Positions 36,215 through 45,211 of a stretch of DNA of 47,024 nt are shown piece after piece (position 1 is the first letter of the stretch; every line of letters begins with the position of its first letter). The notes beneath the pieces were generated by a model, which saw only the letters and a list, made by a program, of their open reading frames with translations, made no database searches and was not told the DNA's origin. Source of the DNA: Nanobdellota archaeon (GTDB lineage: Archaea > Aenigmatarchaeota > Aenigmatarchaeia > QMZP01); assembly GCA_043814765.1 (NCBI GenBank), contig JBDRJQ010000037.1, positions 1-47,024 on the forward strand, in the 5' to 3' direction. A program made the position numbers and the translations under genes.

Positions 36215-37135
36215 ATGATTTCGGATAAAAATGTATTGATTACTGGGGGATATGGCTTCATTGGCTCAAACCTGACAAAACACATAGCTGAGAACAGCCT
36301 AGCAAAAAATATTACGGTTCTAGACAGGGTTCGTCCTGAAAAAACAAGCCGACTAAACAGCCTAAATATAAGAACAATAAATGCTGACATAAGGAAACCA
36401 GAAGACTATGAAGATCAAATAAAGGACACTGATATAATTTTTCATCAGGCAGCTTTTGTTAGTGTTCCCAAATCCATAGAACAGCCTTCTGAAACAATTG
36501 AAACAAATGTTTTAGGAACAGTTAAGTTGCTGGAAGCCTGCCGAAAAAACAACATAGAGCGTTTTGTTTTTGCCTCATCTGCAGCTGTTTATGGTGAACA
36601 AGCAGAACCGCTTAAAGAGTTAAGCAATCTTAATCCATCATCTCCATATGGATTGAGTAAACTTATGGCAGAGGATTACTGTAGAATTTATTCCAAACTC
36701 TACGGAATAAAAACAACATGCTTGCGTTACTTTAATGTTTACGGACCAGAGCAGGCCTACAGAAAATATCCAAGCGTCATGTCAATACTTTTCAGTTGCT
36801 TGAAAGAAGGCAAGCCATTTATCGTTTACGGCGACGGCGAACATACCCGTGATTATGTGCATATTTCAGACATAGTGCAGGCAAATTTGCTTGCAGCCAC
36901 ATCTCCCACGCTTGTTAAAGGAGAAGCTGTCAATATAGCAACAGGTCATGCAGTTTCCTTGAACAAATTCATAGAACTAGTAAAAAAACTGACAGGCAAA
37001 AATATCCAAGTTTCATACAGCGCACCGCGCGCTGGGGACATGCTGCATAGCGTAGCTAACGTATCATTGGCAAAAGAAAGGCTCGGATTTGAAACTAAAA
37101 TAAGCATAGAAGAAGGGCTTAGAACCATATTTTGA
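36215..37135 (+). CDS. NAD-dependent nucleotide-sugar epimerase/dehydratase (extended SDR, GalE-like)
   Basis: TGGYGFIGS, HQAA, ASSAAVYG, YGLSK, LRYFNVYGP, GDGEHTRD. Confidence 0.93.
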   Translation: MISDKNVLITGGYGFIGSNLTKHIAENSLAKNITVLDRVRPEKTSRLNSLNIRTINADIRKPEDYEDQIKDTDIIFHQAAFVSVPKSIEQPSETIETNVLGTVKLLEACRKNNIERFVFASSAAVYGEQAEPLKELSNLNPSSPYGLSKLMAEDYCRIYSKLYGIKTTCLRYFNVYGPEQAYRKYPSVMSILFSCLKEGKPFIVYGDGEHTRDYVHISDIVQANLLAATSPTLVKGEAVNIATGHAVSLNKFIELVKKLTGKNIQVSYSAPRAGDMLHSVANVSLAKERLGFETKISIEEGLRTIF

Positions 37136-37324
37136 GCAAATTTTGAAAGAATTTTGGTAAACATATTTAAATGGCCTGATATAAGTATACCTTCTAGTAT
37201 GGTAACTTCATGATCAAAAAATCAACATAAAAATCTACGCTAGACAACTGTCTTGCGCTGATATATGCTAGGGAATTTCAGCCACAATGGCTTTTACACA
37301 TCAAAATTATAAACGGAGGAAGAG

Positions 37325-37888
37325 TTGATAACTCAGGGCACAAATATTTCCTTACAAGTTAAGGGAAACAGCCTAGCCATGTTGATACAAAACCCAATAG
37401 TTAGTATCAACAGCATACAACCTACGGACATAGTGAAATCAGGATTTGGCATTGTCAAATCGTACAGGGTGGATAAGCGTCCGGGGAGATGGCAAGGCGC
37501 GAGAATCATCTTTATTGACTGGCTTCACTATAAACATAGTGAAGTTTTTGGGCTTAGAATTGATCGAATCGACAACAACACAAACGGGCTCATGCTGATT
37601 TCAAGGTGCCTTTCACATAAGGACTTTATTAAGGTTCTTATGCTGAACGGAATAACACCGAAACTGTGTGGCACCGAGAGATTGGTGCTATCATCTAAAA
37701 GCGTTTTTGAAGGTTATGTTAGGGTCAATGGCAATGATGTTTCAAATGCATTGATTCCTCTAATCGAAGATTTGAAAAAACAAAACGGTTCTGGAAGGCC
37801 GTTGTTGCTTTCTGATGGAATCAAGGAATCAGTTTTGTCCAAAACCCTCTCTATTATAAGAGAGGCCAAAAGCTCATTAGCTCTTTAA
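37325..37888 (+). CDS. Hypothetical protein
   Basis: 187-aa ORF with GGAGG upstream of a TTG start; no motif recognised. Confidence 0.5.
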   Translation: MITQGTNISLQVKGNSLAMLIQNPIVSINSIQPTDIVKSGFGIVKSYRVDKRPGRWQGARIIFIDWLHYKHSEVFGLRIDRIDNNTNGLMLISRCLSHKDFIKVLMLNGITPKLCGTERLVLSSKSVFEGYVRVNGNDVSNALIPLIEDLKKQNGSGRPLLLSDGIKESVLSKTLSIIREAKSSLAL

Positions 37889-38021
37889 AACTAAGAATAA
37901 TCCTTCGGGATTATGCATCTAAGATGCCTTGGCACCCAGATTTTTAATAGTGGCTTGCACCGTCAGGCGACAGATTTGAAAACAACTGGGTGCCTTGTTG
38001 TTATTGTCAACTAAAAGGTAC

Positions 38022-38549
38022 TTAATCCTCATCCATAGAATTTACATGTTTGGTTAAATTCTCATCCAAAACCTCTGCAAGGTATTTTCCCATGTTTTCA
38101 TCAAGCCATTTCAGTGCAAATTCTTCCATTTTCTTTACTTTACCTGCTATATCACGGGGTATTTCAAAATCAGGAGCAATTTCATATAATAATTGACACC
38201 ATAACATTCCAGGTCTGCCAATAACATCTTTATCATATCCTTTTGAATATTCTTGAAATTCCTCATCTTTAGATATTATATGATATTTATCATCAAAGAG
38301 TTCTACATCAACTGTTTCAAAAACTCTCACCTTTATTTTATTTAACCAATTTTCATAGAAGTTGTCTGTTTTGATTTCTTTGCTTAACTGATTATGTATA
38401 TGGGGAAGAGTTTCTATTCCCATAGAAACAAGTTCTCTGTATGCATCACAATCTAGATACGGTCCACTCATTGAGAAATATGATTTTTCAGCGATATGCT
38501 TTCTCCATCGGTTTAATGCCAAGCGAAAATCTCTTTCTATATCACTCAT
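38022..38549 (-). CDS. Hypothetical protein
   Basis: 175-aa ORF; no motif recognised. Confidence 0.6.
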   Translation of the reverse strand: MSDIERDFRLALNRWRKHIAEKSYFSMSGPYLDCDAYRELVSMGIETLPHIHNQLSKEIKTDNFYENWLNKIKVRVFETVDVELFDDKYHIISKDEEFQEYSKGYDKDVIGRPGMLWCQLLYEIAPDFEIPRDIAGKVKKMEEFALKWLDENMGKYLAEVLDENLTKHVNSMDED

Positions 38550-38711
38550 AATAAATTCTTAATCACAATCTTTTTATCCCTATTTTTAACGAATAAAAGA
38601 ATATTATTATATAACCAATATAATGATGCCCCATAGCTGACGACTTGCGTAGATTGGATAGAGTCGTCTTTAATTGGTTAACATTTAATATGGTTAAGCG
38701 AAGATGATAAT

Positions 38712-39902
38712 ATGATCGAACTAAAATGGGACCCAAAAAAAGGAATATGGTCTGAAGAAGTGACTAGTGCTGAAAAACTAACAAGAAACTTCTATGGTAC
38801 TCGTAAGAAGAATGTTGTCTGGCTTCGTCCTGAAGAAGCGCTTTACATAATGAATTTTCAGAACGGTGCTTGCGAAGACAAAAATGGTAGTGTTACGTTC
38901 AATGATATGGCTTCCTTTTATTCTCAAAAAGAACCAAGGTTCTTCATCAAATATAATGCTTACAGAGACTGGCGTGACAGGGGTTTGATATCAAAAAGAA
39001 TAAAGGATGTTGAAAGCGCAGAAGGTAAAAAGGAAAAGATAAAGAAATACCCTTCCAATGATTTTGTTAAAAAGAAAATCAAAGTAACTGCTTATTGGTA
39101 TTCTGAATCATTGTACTCTGTTATAGAAGATTCAATTGTAGGACACATGCTCTTTAATGATCATTGGTTTGGCCAACTAGGCGTTTACAAACAGGAGCGT
39201 GGAGAGCTTCTGAAATTGGATTTTATGGAAACAATTTTCTTGGGAAAATACTTAAACATAAATATAATTAACGCAACCACAGGAAAACCAATAACTCCTG
39301 AAGTAATTCTTAATAGTGTAAAGAAAAAGATGGAATACGCAAAACAACTATACGAAGTTTACGAGGACTGGCGCCTGCGTAGCTATGTAGTAAAAACAGG
39401 CTTCAAGTTCGGAACGCATTTCAGGATATACTTTCCAGGCGCCAAACCTGGAAGAAGTGATGATAAATGGATACACTCCAAACATGTGATTCACATATTT
39501 CCTAAAACACAAAAAATGCTAGTATCAGAGTGGTCTCGTGCAGTGCGTGTAGCTCACGGAGTTAAGAAGACTTTCATTCTTTCCATTCCAGAGATGAAGA
39601 AAAATGATTACGTAGATTATCCAGCAGACTTCTTAGCGTATCGCAGAAAGAAAGATAAAGATTCCTGGATTAGAGAAACACCCAAGGATAGTCCCAGATA
39701 TTTGATCGTTCCAATGGCCGAGGATGAGTGCATAGGCGGCGTGGAGTTAGCATCGTTGCTCAAAAAAGCCAGCAACATGGGCCTAGAATTGCTCCTATCC
39801 ATTACTGACAGGGAAACTGCTATTACATACTACCTTTTGAAGCAAATAATCCTGCCAGGATCAAAATACGAGTACTATGAGATAGAGTGGATGAAACCAT
39901 GA
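38712..39902 (+). CDS. endA: tRNA-splicing endonuclease, three-unit epsilon2 (ARMAN-like) architecture
   Basis: 396 aa with duplicated L..EEALY/Y..YRDWR units; catalytic unit KTGFKFGTHFRIY...HS...VAHGVKK; C-terminal YYEIEWMKP. Confidence 0.93.
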   Translation: MIELKWDPKKGIWSEEVTSAEKLTRNFYGTRKKNVVWLRPEEALYIMNFQNGACEDKNGSVTFNDMASFYSQKEPRFFIKYNAYRDWRDRGLISKRIKDVESAEGKKEKIKKYPSNDFVKKKIKVTAYWYSESLYSVIEDSIVGHMLFNDHWFGQLGVYKQERGELLKLDFMETIFLGKYLNINIINATTGKPITPEVILNSVKKKMEYAKQLYEVYEDWRLRSYVVKTGFKFGTHFRIYFPGAKPGRSDDKWIHSKHVIHIFPKTQKMLVSEWSRAVRVAHGVKKTFILSIPEMKKNDYVDYPADFLAYRRKKDKDSWIRETPKDSPRYLIVPMAEDECIGGVELASLLKKASNMGLELLLSITDRETAITYYLLKQIILPGSKYEYYEIEWMKP

Positions 39903-39996
39903 ACTGAGCGAAACAATAAATTGCAAGTATTTACCTTTTGCTCTGCGGCTTTTGTGATAAGCCTTGCGTCTGGAAAAGCTGTAAGTGGATGAAACC
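39886..39996 (+). repeat. 13-bp direct repeat AGTGGATGAAACC (39886-39898 and 39984-39996) duplicating the endA 3' end
   Basis: Exact match; both copies read W-M-K-P-stop. Confidence 0.75.
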
Positions 39997-40030
39997 TTAA
40001 TCATTTATACACCCTTGATAATTAAACCAT

Positions 40031-40588
40031 ATGATAGAGAAGTATGGAGATATAATCGCAATCATGGGATTTGCAGTATTTTCTATATTCACCTTTATTG
40101 CTATATTTCTCACGCCGGGTTTTAATATAGCGACACAGTATTTTAGCGAACTTGGTGTTAGTGGATTATCCGCTGTGTTTTTTAATTCAGGCCTTATACT
40201 GTTTGGTATACTATTAATACCATTTTACATGAAGCTGCGATACGATTTAGGGAATTCAAAACTAATGAAAACAACTCTTATTTTGGGAATAGCTTCCTGT
40301 TTTGCATTAATGGGTATAGGGCTATTTCCATTAACGCAGAGAATAATGCATAATTTTTTCAACTACACCTTCTTCTCGCTTTTAACAGTTGTTATTTTTT
40401 TAACCAGTGCTATAATGATATCAAAAAAACAAATGTTTCATGGATTGGTAGGATTTGTTGTCATATTTTTCAATACAGTTTTTGCTTTCATAATCAACGA
40501 AACAGCTTTGCAAAAATTCTCTATATTTACCTTGGAATTGTGGGTTTTGACAGTGATTTTTTACCTGATGCTAGAGAGGTCATCGTAA
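40031..40588 (+). CDS. DUF998-like membrane protein
   Basis: PGFN...QYFSELG, FFN, GLFP...MH; multiple TM helices. Confidence 0.75.
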   Translation: MIEKYGDIIAIMGFAVFSIFTFIAIFLTPGFNIATQYFSELGVSGLSAVFFNSGLILFGILLIPFYMKLRYDLGNSKLMKTTLILGIASCFALMGIGLFPLTQRIMHNFFNYTFFSLLTVVIFLTSAIMISKKQMFHGLVGFVVIFFNTVFAFIINETALQKFSIFTLELWVLTVIFYLMLERSS

Positions 40589-40618
40589 TCTTTTTAAGCA
40601 AAAATCCAATTTTAAATC

Positions 40619-43039
40619 ATGACAGATATTGATGCTTATAAGATATGTGTTCTTGATATTGATTATATTCTGGATGACAAAGAACCACTCATTCGCTTAT
40701 GGGGCAAGACAAAATCTGGAAAGTCTGTGTTAGTTTTGGACAGAACCTTTAGCCCATATTTTTATGTATTGCCTAAGAAAAACATAGACAAACTTGTAGA
40801 ACAGATAAAGGTAACAGAGATTGAAGGAAGACGACCAGAAAATGTAGAAGTAGTGAAGAAAAAACTATACGGAAAGGAATATGAATTTATTAAAGTGTTT
40901 TCAAAGAACCCAACAGACATACCAAAGTTCAGGGACACTGTAAAAAACTATGATGATGTAAAGGAGGAATATGAATATACAATACCGTTCTATAGAAGGT
41001 ATCTAATAAACAAGGGAATAACACCAATGGGTTGGATAGCAGTTTCTGGTAAGAATGTAGAAACAGGTGCTGATGTTGACATTTCAATAGAAGCAGAAAA
41101 AATCGAGCTGATAGAAGATATTGAATATCCACCATTGAAAATTCTTGCGTTTGACATAGAAACGTCTCAGGCAGAAGGAGATGAAATAATAATGATTTCT
41201 ATGGCTGATTCTAAGGGATTTGAAAAAATCATAACATACGGAAAGAAAACCACCGGAGTAGAAACTGTATTGAATGAAGAAGAAATGATAAGAAAGTTTT
41301 TTGAAACAGTGAAAGCGCAGAATCCAGATATAATTGTTGGCTATAATACCGATAGATTTGATTTCCAGAAGATTTCAGAAAAGGCTGAAAAATACAGGAT
41401 ACCCATAATCCTGGGCAAGGACGATTCACATATGCTCTTTAGGCGCAGAGGATACACATCTGCAGCAAGATTCCGCGGCAGAATGCATATCGATCTGTAC
41501 GACTTCATAGAAAACATCCTAAGCGATTCCCTTTCAACAGAAGTATTATCACTTGATAGAGTTGCTCACGAGATTATCGGTTTGAAAAAAGAAAAGCTAG
41601 GATGGAAAGAAATAGAAGAGCTGTGGAAAAACAAGGATATAAAAACACTAGCTGAATACTGTCTTCAAGATTCTATTTTGGCTCTTAAACTAGCACAGAA
41701 TTTAATGCCACAGATATTTGAACTGTCTCGTGTTGTGGGACAACCACCTTTTGACACTTCTAGAATGTCTTATTCACAGCTGGTTGAATGGCTTCTCATA
41801 CGAGCAGCTTTCAACAATGATGAAGTGTCTCCTAACAGGCCAAAGTATGATGAAATAATGCGCAGGCGCAAGGCAGAGCCGTATGTTGGAGGTTATGTTA
41901 TATCACCTAAAGAGGGAATACATGAACATATAGCCCTTTTCGATTTTCAATCACTGTACCCATCTGTGACAATAACGCATAACATATCGCCAGAGACTGT
42001 TGATTGCAGCTGTTGTGAAGAGACAGAACAGGTACCAGATTATGAGCACCACTTCTGTGTTGAAAAGAAAGGATTCATTCCAAAAGTTCTTGAAGGTATA
42101 GTAAGGCGTAGATTGGACATTCAGAAAAGGATGAAAAAGCTTGAGCCAAAAACGTCAGAATATAAGAGATTAAACAACATGCAATATGCACTTAAGATAT
42201 TGGCCAATGCGAGCTACGGTTATTACGGTTATCCAGGATCTAGATGGTATTCGCGTGTTTGTGCAAAATCCATAACAGCGTGGGGAAGATACTATATTAA
42301 GAATGTCATGGAATTCGCAGAGAAGATGAAATACGAAGTCATATATGGTGATACAGATTCATTGTTCATTAAAATAAAAGCAAAGAAAGATGCAAAAGAA
42401 TTCCTAAAGAGTGTAAACGCCATGCTGCCAGGGGTTATGGAATTAGATTTCAAAGGCTTCTTTAAATCAGGCATATTTGTTCTTACAAAATCCGGAACTG
42501 CTGCAAAAAAGCGCTATGCTCTTATTGACGATGAAGGCGAGATGACAATTCGGGGATTTGAGCGTGTTAGGCGCGATTGGTCCAAGATAGCCAAAGACAC
42601 TCAGGAAAAGGTTCTTTTAGCAGTTTTACGGGACAGGTCAATACAAAATGCAATAATCATAGTTAGAAAAAAAATAAATATTATTCAAAAAGGCAAAGCA
42701 AAAATGGATGATTTGGTTATCTACACCCAACTCACAAAACCACTTACGCAATATGAACAAATAGGTCCGCATGTTGTGGCTGCACGCAAGATAAAGGAGC
42801 GCGGTGGCAATATTAAGGAAGGCTACACAGTTGGATATGTGATAACAAAGGGTACTGGTTCAATCTCATCGCGAGCAGAGCCTGCTGCAGACGCAAAGGA
42901 TTATGATCCTGAATACTATATTCATAACCAAATTCTTCCAGCTGCTCTCAGAGTTCTCCAGGGTTTGGGGGTAACCGAGGAGCAGATTCTTCATGGAAAA
43001 ATAGAACAATCCGATCTAACACGGTTTGTAAACAAATAA
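40619..43039 (+). CDS. polB: Family B DNA polymerase (no intein)
   Basis: Exonuclease FDIET and GYNTDRFD; polymerase DFQSLYPS, KILANASYGY, YGDTDS; KKRY; PIP-like QSDLTRF. Confidence 0.97.
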   Translation: MTDIDAYKICVLDIDYILDDKEPLIRLWGKTKSGKSVLVLDRTFSPYFYVLPKKNIDKLVEQIKVTEIEGRRPENVEVVKKKLYGKEYEFIKVFSKNPTDIPKFRDTVKNYDDVKEEYEYTIPFYRRYLINKGITPMGWIAVSGKNVETGADVDISIEAEKIELIEDIEYPPLKILAFDIETSQAEGDEIIMISMADSKGFEKIITYGKKTTGVETVLNEEEMIRKFFETVKAQNPDIIVGYNTDRFDFQKISEKAEKYRIPIILGKDDSHMLFRRRGYTSAARFRGRMHIDLYDFIENILSDSLSTEVLSLDRVAHEIIGLKKEKLGWKEIEELWKNKDIKTLAEYCLQDSILALKLAQNLMPQIFELSRVVGQPPFDTSRMSYSQLVEWLLIRAAFNNDEVSPNRPKYDEIMRRRKAEPYVGGYVISPKEGIHEHIALFDFQSLYPSVTITHNISPETVDCSCCEETEQVPDYEHHFCVEKKGFIPKVLEGIVRRRLDIQKRMKKLEPKTSEYKRLNNMQYALKILANASYGYYGYPGSRWYSRVCAKSITAWGRYYIKNVMEFAEKMKYEVIYGDTDSLFIKIKAKKDAKEFLKSVNAMLPGVMELDFKGFFKSGIFVLTKSGTAAKKRYALIDDEGEMTIRGFERVRRDWSKIAKDTQEKVLLAVLRDRSIQNAIIIVRKKINIIQKGKAKMDDLVIYTQLTKPLTQYEQIGPHVVAARKIKERGGNIKEGYTVGYVITKGTGSISSRAEPAADAKDYDPEYYIHNQILPAALRVLQGLGVTEEQILHGKIEQSDLTRFVNK

Positions 43040-43063
43040 AAGTATATTATATAATTAATTAAA

Positions 43064-43579
43064 ATGCGACCATTAAAAGAAGATATTCATGTGCTTGGAG
43101 ATAAGCTTGAATTCAAAACACCTTTGAGTGCAGAACAATCAGAAGATTATATAGGTAAAAAATTTCCTGATTCTGATGAAGGCAAGATAGAATTTGTTTC
43201 TGAGGTTAATAGAAAAATTGCTTCTGCTTTCGACATACCTTGGGCATGCGGTGAAGCTACGATAGGACCCTATATGAGAAGAATCAATCGAATAAAGAAT
43301 ACATTTTCTTATGACGACATGATCAAGGTAATAATATCGCAAGGAATAACAGATGAACTTGAAAGAGCTTCTATTATTGTGGATAGGCTGACATCGGAAT
43401 ATGATGAAAAAATAGAAAACGGCAAAGAGAGAGAAGATCTGGGTTTTTATCTTTCAGACGGTTTAGTTTGGAAAAGATACCTTTTCTTCAGACCGATAGA
43501 AACTGAGGATGGCACGGCTTATAAAGGATGCGTTAGACTTTTCTGCCAGGGCGTGACAGATACTGAGTGGAGATATTAA
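43064..43579 (+). CDS. Hypothetical protein
   Basis: 171-aa ORF; no motif recognised. Confidence 0.55.
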   Translation: MRPLKEDIHVLGDKLEFKTPLSAEQSEDYIGKKFPDSDEGKIEFVSEVNRKIASAFDIPWACGEATIGPYMRRINRIKNTFSYDDMIKVIISQGITDELERASIIVDRLTSEYDEKIENGKEREDLGFYLSDGLVWKRYLFFRPIETEDGTAYKGCVRLFCQGVTDTEWRY

Positions 43580-44985
43580 ACAAAATCCCTTCTAAAAAAC
43601 TTCTCTAAAAACCTTAAGAAAACAGCATTCTTTTTTGCTCGCGATGCAATCTGCGCTTGGTTCAAAACAACAAACTTTTGTGAAACAGCCTTGGCAACGT
43701 AGGATGCTATGCCCTTTGCTCTGAGATCCTTTAACGGGTCTGAAAGCGTGTCCTTTAGCTTTGGTTCAGCATCTTCATATTTCCTTTGAGTCTCTGCTAC
43801 CCAACGATCATTTTCTACCCAAACTCTGCCAAGACGCTTGTACTTGTTTGTGAACTCTTTGACACGATCCTCTGAGAATATGTCTGGACCTGTTATCTTT
43901 CTTATCTGCGGTAGCTTCCATACATTAAGTTCGATGAGTATGATACATCTGTTATCATCAGCCCAGATATCCCAGTTCATTATATCAAACTCATGTTCTT
44001 CCATTATGCCTTTTAGCCTTTTCCCTGTTCTTCTCAGTTGCGGCCATAAAACATCGTCTATCACATCGGGTTTTTTAAATTCTACGCCAAGAAGCATAGT
44101 CTCTCTTTTGTTGATGTCTGCTGTTATTCTCTTAATGCGCTGCGCTGATGATTTCGGAGGCTTCATCCACTCCAAGAACACCTGCGTTGACGGCTTCTTC
44201 ATAAATTTTTGTGATGCCAAAGAAAATTTAACAAAGTTAGCAGGTGACACGACAGCAGAAACATTCCTGTTCCTGTCAACAGGATCTATAACAATCATTG
44301 GTTGTTTTGAGAAGTGTTTAATGTTTTCTTTGTTTGCATGTTTTTCTATGTCTATCATAATCTTTCCGGGTTTCCATTTAGCTGCATCATGTATAGTGTT
44401 TTTGAAGCTTCCGTAGTGAACAGTTAGCAGTTCGCAGAGGTAGCCAGAAAACCCCTCAGTCCTGGTATCAGAGCCATATACGCCAATACCTTTTGTAAAC
44501 TGTTTCAGCAGTCTCACTTCAGCAGACATGTTTTTTCTCAAATGTCTGGACAGCCACTCGTTGTGCAAAGGCGTCCTATCAACAGCGGACTTTATCTTTT
44601 TTGCATCTTTCAGTTTGTAACAAGGAACGACATCTACATCATACTTGCCAAATCTTGCACGAACATAAGGATGTTCAGCATAGGCTATTTTGTAGCTGCC
44701 TTTTAGTTTTTTCACCAATTGCTTGCCGATAGCAAGCCCATGTTTCTCTAAGTCTTCTCGCGTAGTCTCTTCAGGAAACATAATAAAAACATCAAACTCC
44801 TTTTTGTCTCTCATCCAAGTGTCGCGCGCAAAACTGCCGGCTACTGTAAAACCAAGCCCTTTCGGCTTGAGCAAGTCGGACAAAGATGATGAAACAGTTT
44901 CAACGGTTTTTTCAGTCTCCTTCTGCTCATTTTCAGAAGGCGTTATCTTCTTCAGAACCGCGGACAAGACAGAATCAAGTGTCAT
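43576..44985 (-). CDS. cca: Class I CCA-adding enzyme
   Basis: GSFARDTW...EFDVF, YAEHPY, DVVPCY, SAVDRTP, GFSGYLCELL, IDPVD..RNV. Confidence 0.96.
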   Translation of the reverse strand: MTLDSVLSAVLKKITPSENEQKETEKTVETVSSSLSDLLKPKGLGFTVAGSFARDTWMRDKKEFDVFIMFPEETTREDLEKHGLAIGKQLVKKLKGSYKIAYAEHPYVRARFGKYDVDVVPCYKLKDAKKIKSAVDRTPLHNEWLSRHLRKNMSAEVRLLKQFTKGIGVYGSDTRTEGFSGYLCELLTVHYGSFKNTIHDAAKWKPGKIMIDIEKHANKENIKHFSKQPMIVIDPVDRNRNVSAVVSPANFVKFSLASQKFMKKPSTQVFLEWMKPPKSSAQRIKRITADINKRETMLLGVEFKKPDVIDDVLWPQLRRTGKRLKGIMEEHEFDIMNWDIWADDNRCIILIELNVWKLPQIRKITGPDIFSEDRVKEFTNKYKRLGRVWVENDRWVAETQRKYEDAEPKLKDTLSDPLKDLRAKGIASYVAKAVSQKFVVLNQAQIASRAKKNAVFLRFLEKFFRRDFV

Positions 44986-45211
44986 GTTTATTATTTTGCA
45001 AGGTGGGTTAAATGTCTTGTCTACAGTTAAACAATTTATCAGTTAAGCATACAAGAGATCTTGTCTCTTTTCAGTACAGAGAGACAAAAGACATCTCCAA
45101 CTCCATGCAAAGTGGGATATTGGACATCTCTCATTCTATGCAGTGGGAGATGTTATTTTGAAAGATAAGCATAAACGAAAGGTTTAAAAAAATAACTGAT
45201 TAAGTAAATAC

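Noticed and set aside
40619-43039. Intein in polB as the source of the LAGLIDADG domains
   Set aside because: PolB is 806 aa with contiguous motifs, and the endonuclease ORFs lack intein splicing termini.
43838-45046. Long antisense ORFs (43838-44416, 44723-45046) and similar ones opposite other genes
   Set aside because: They are shadows of well-supported genes on the other strand, with Ser/Phe/Leu-rich antisense composition.
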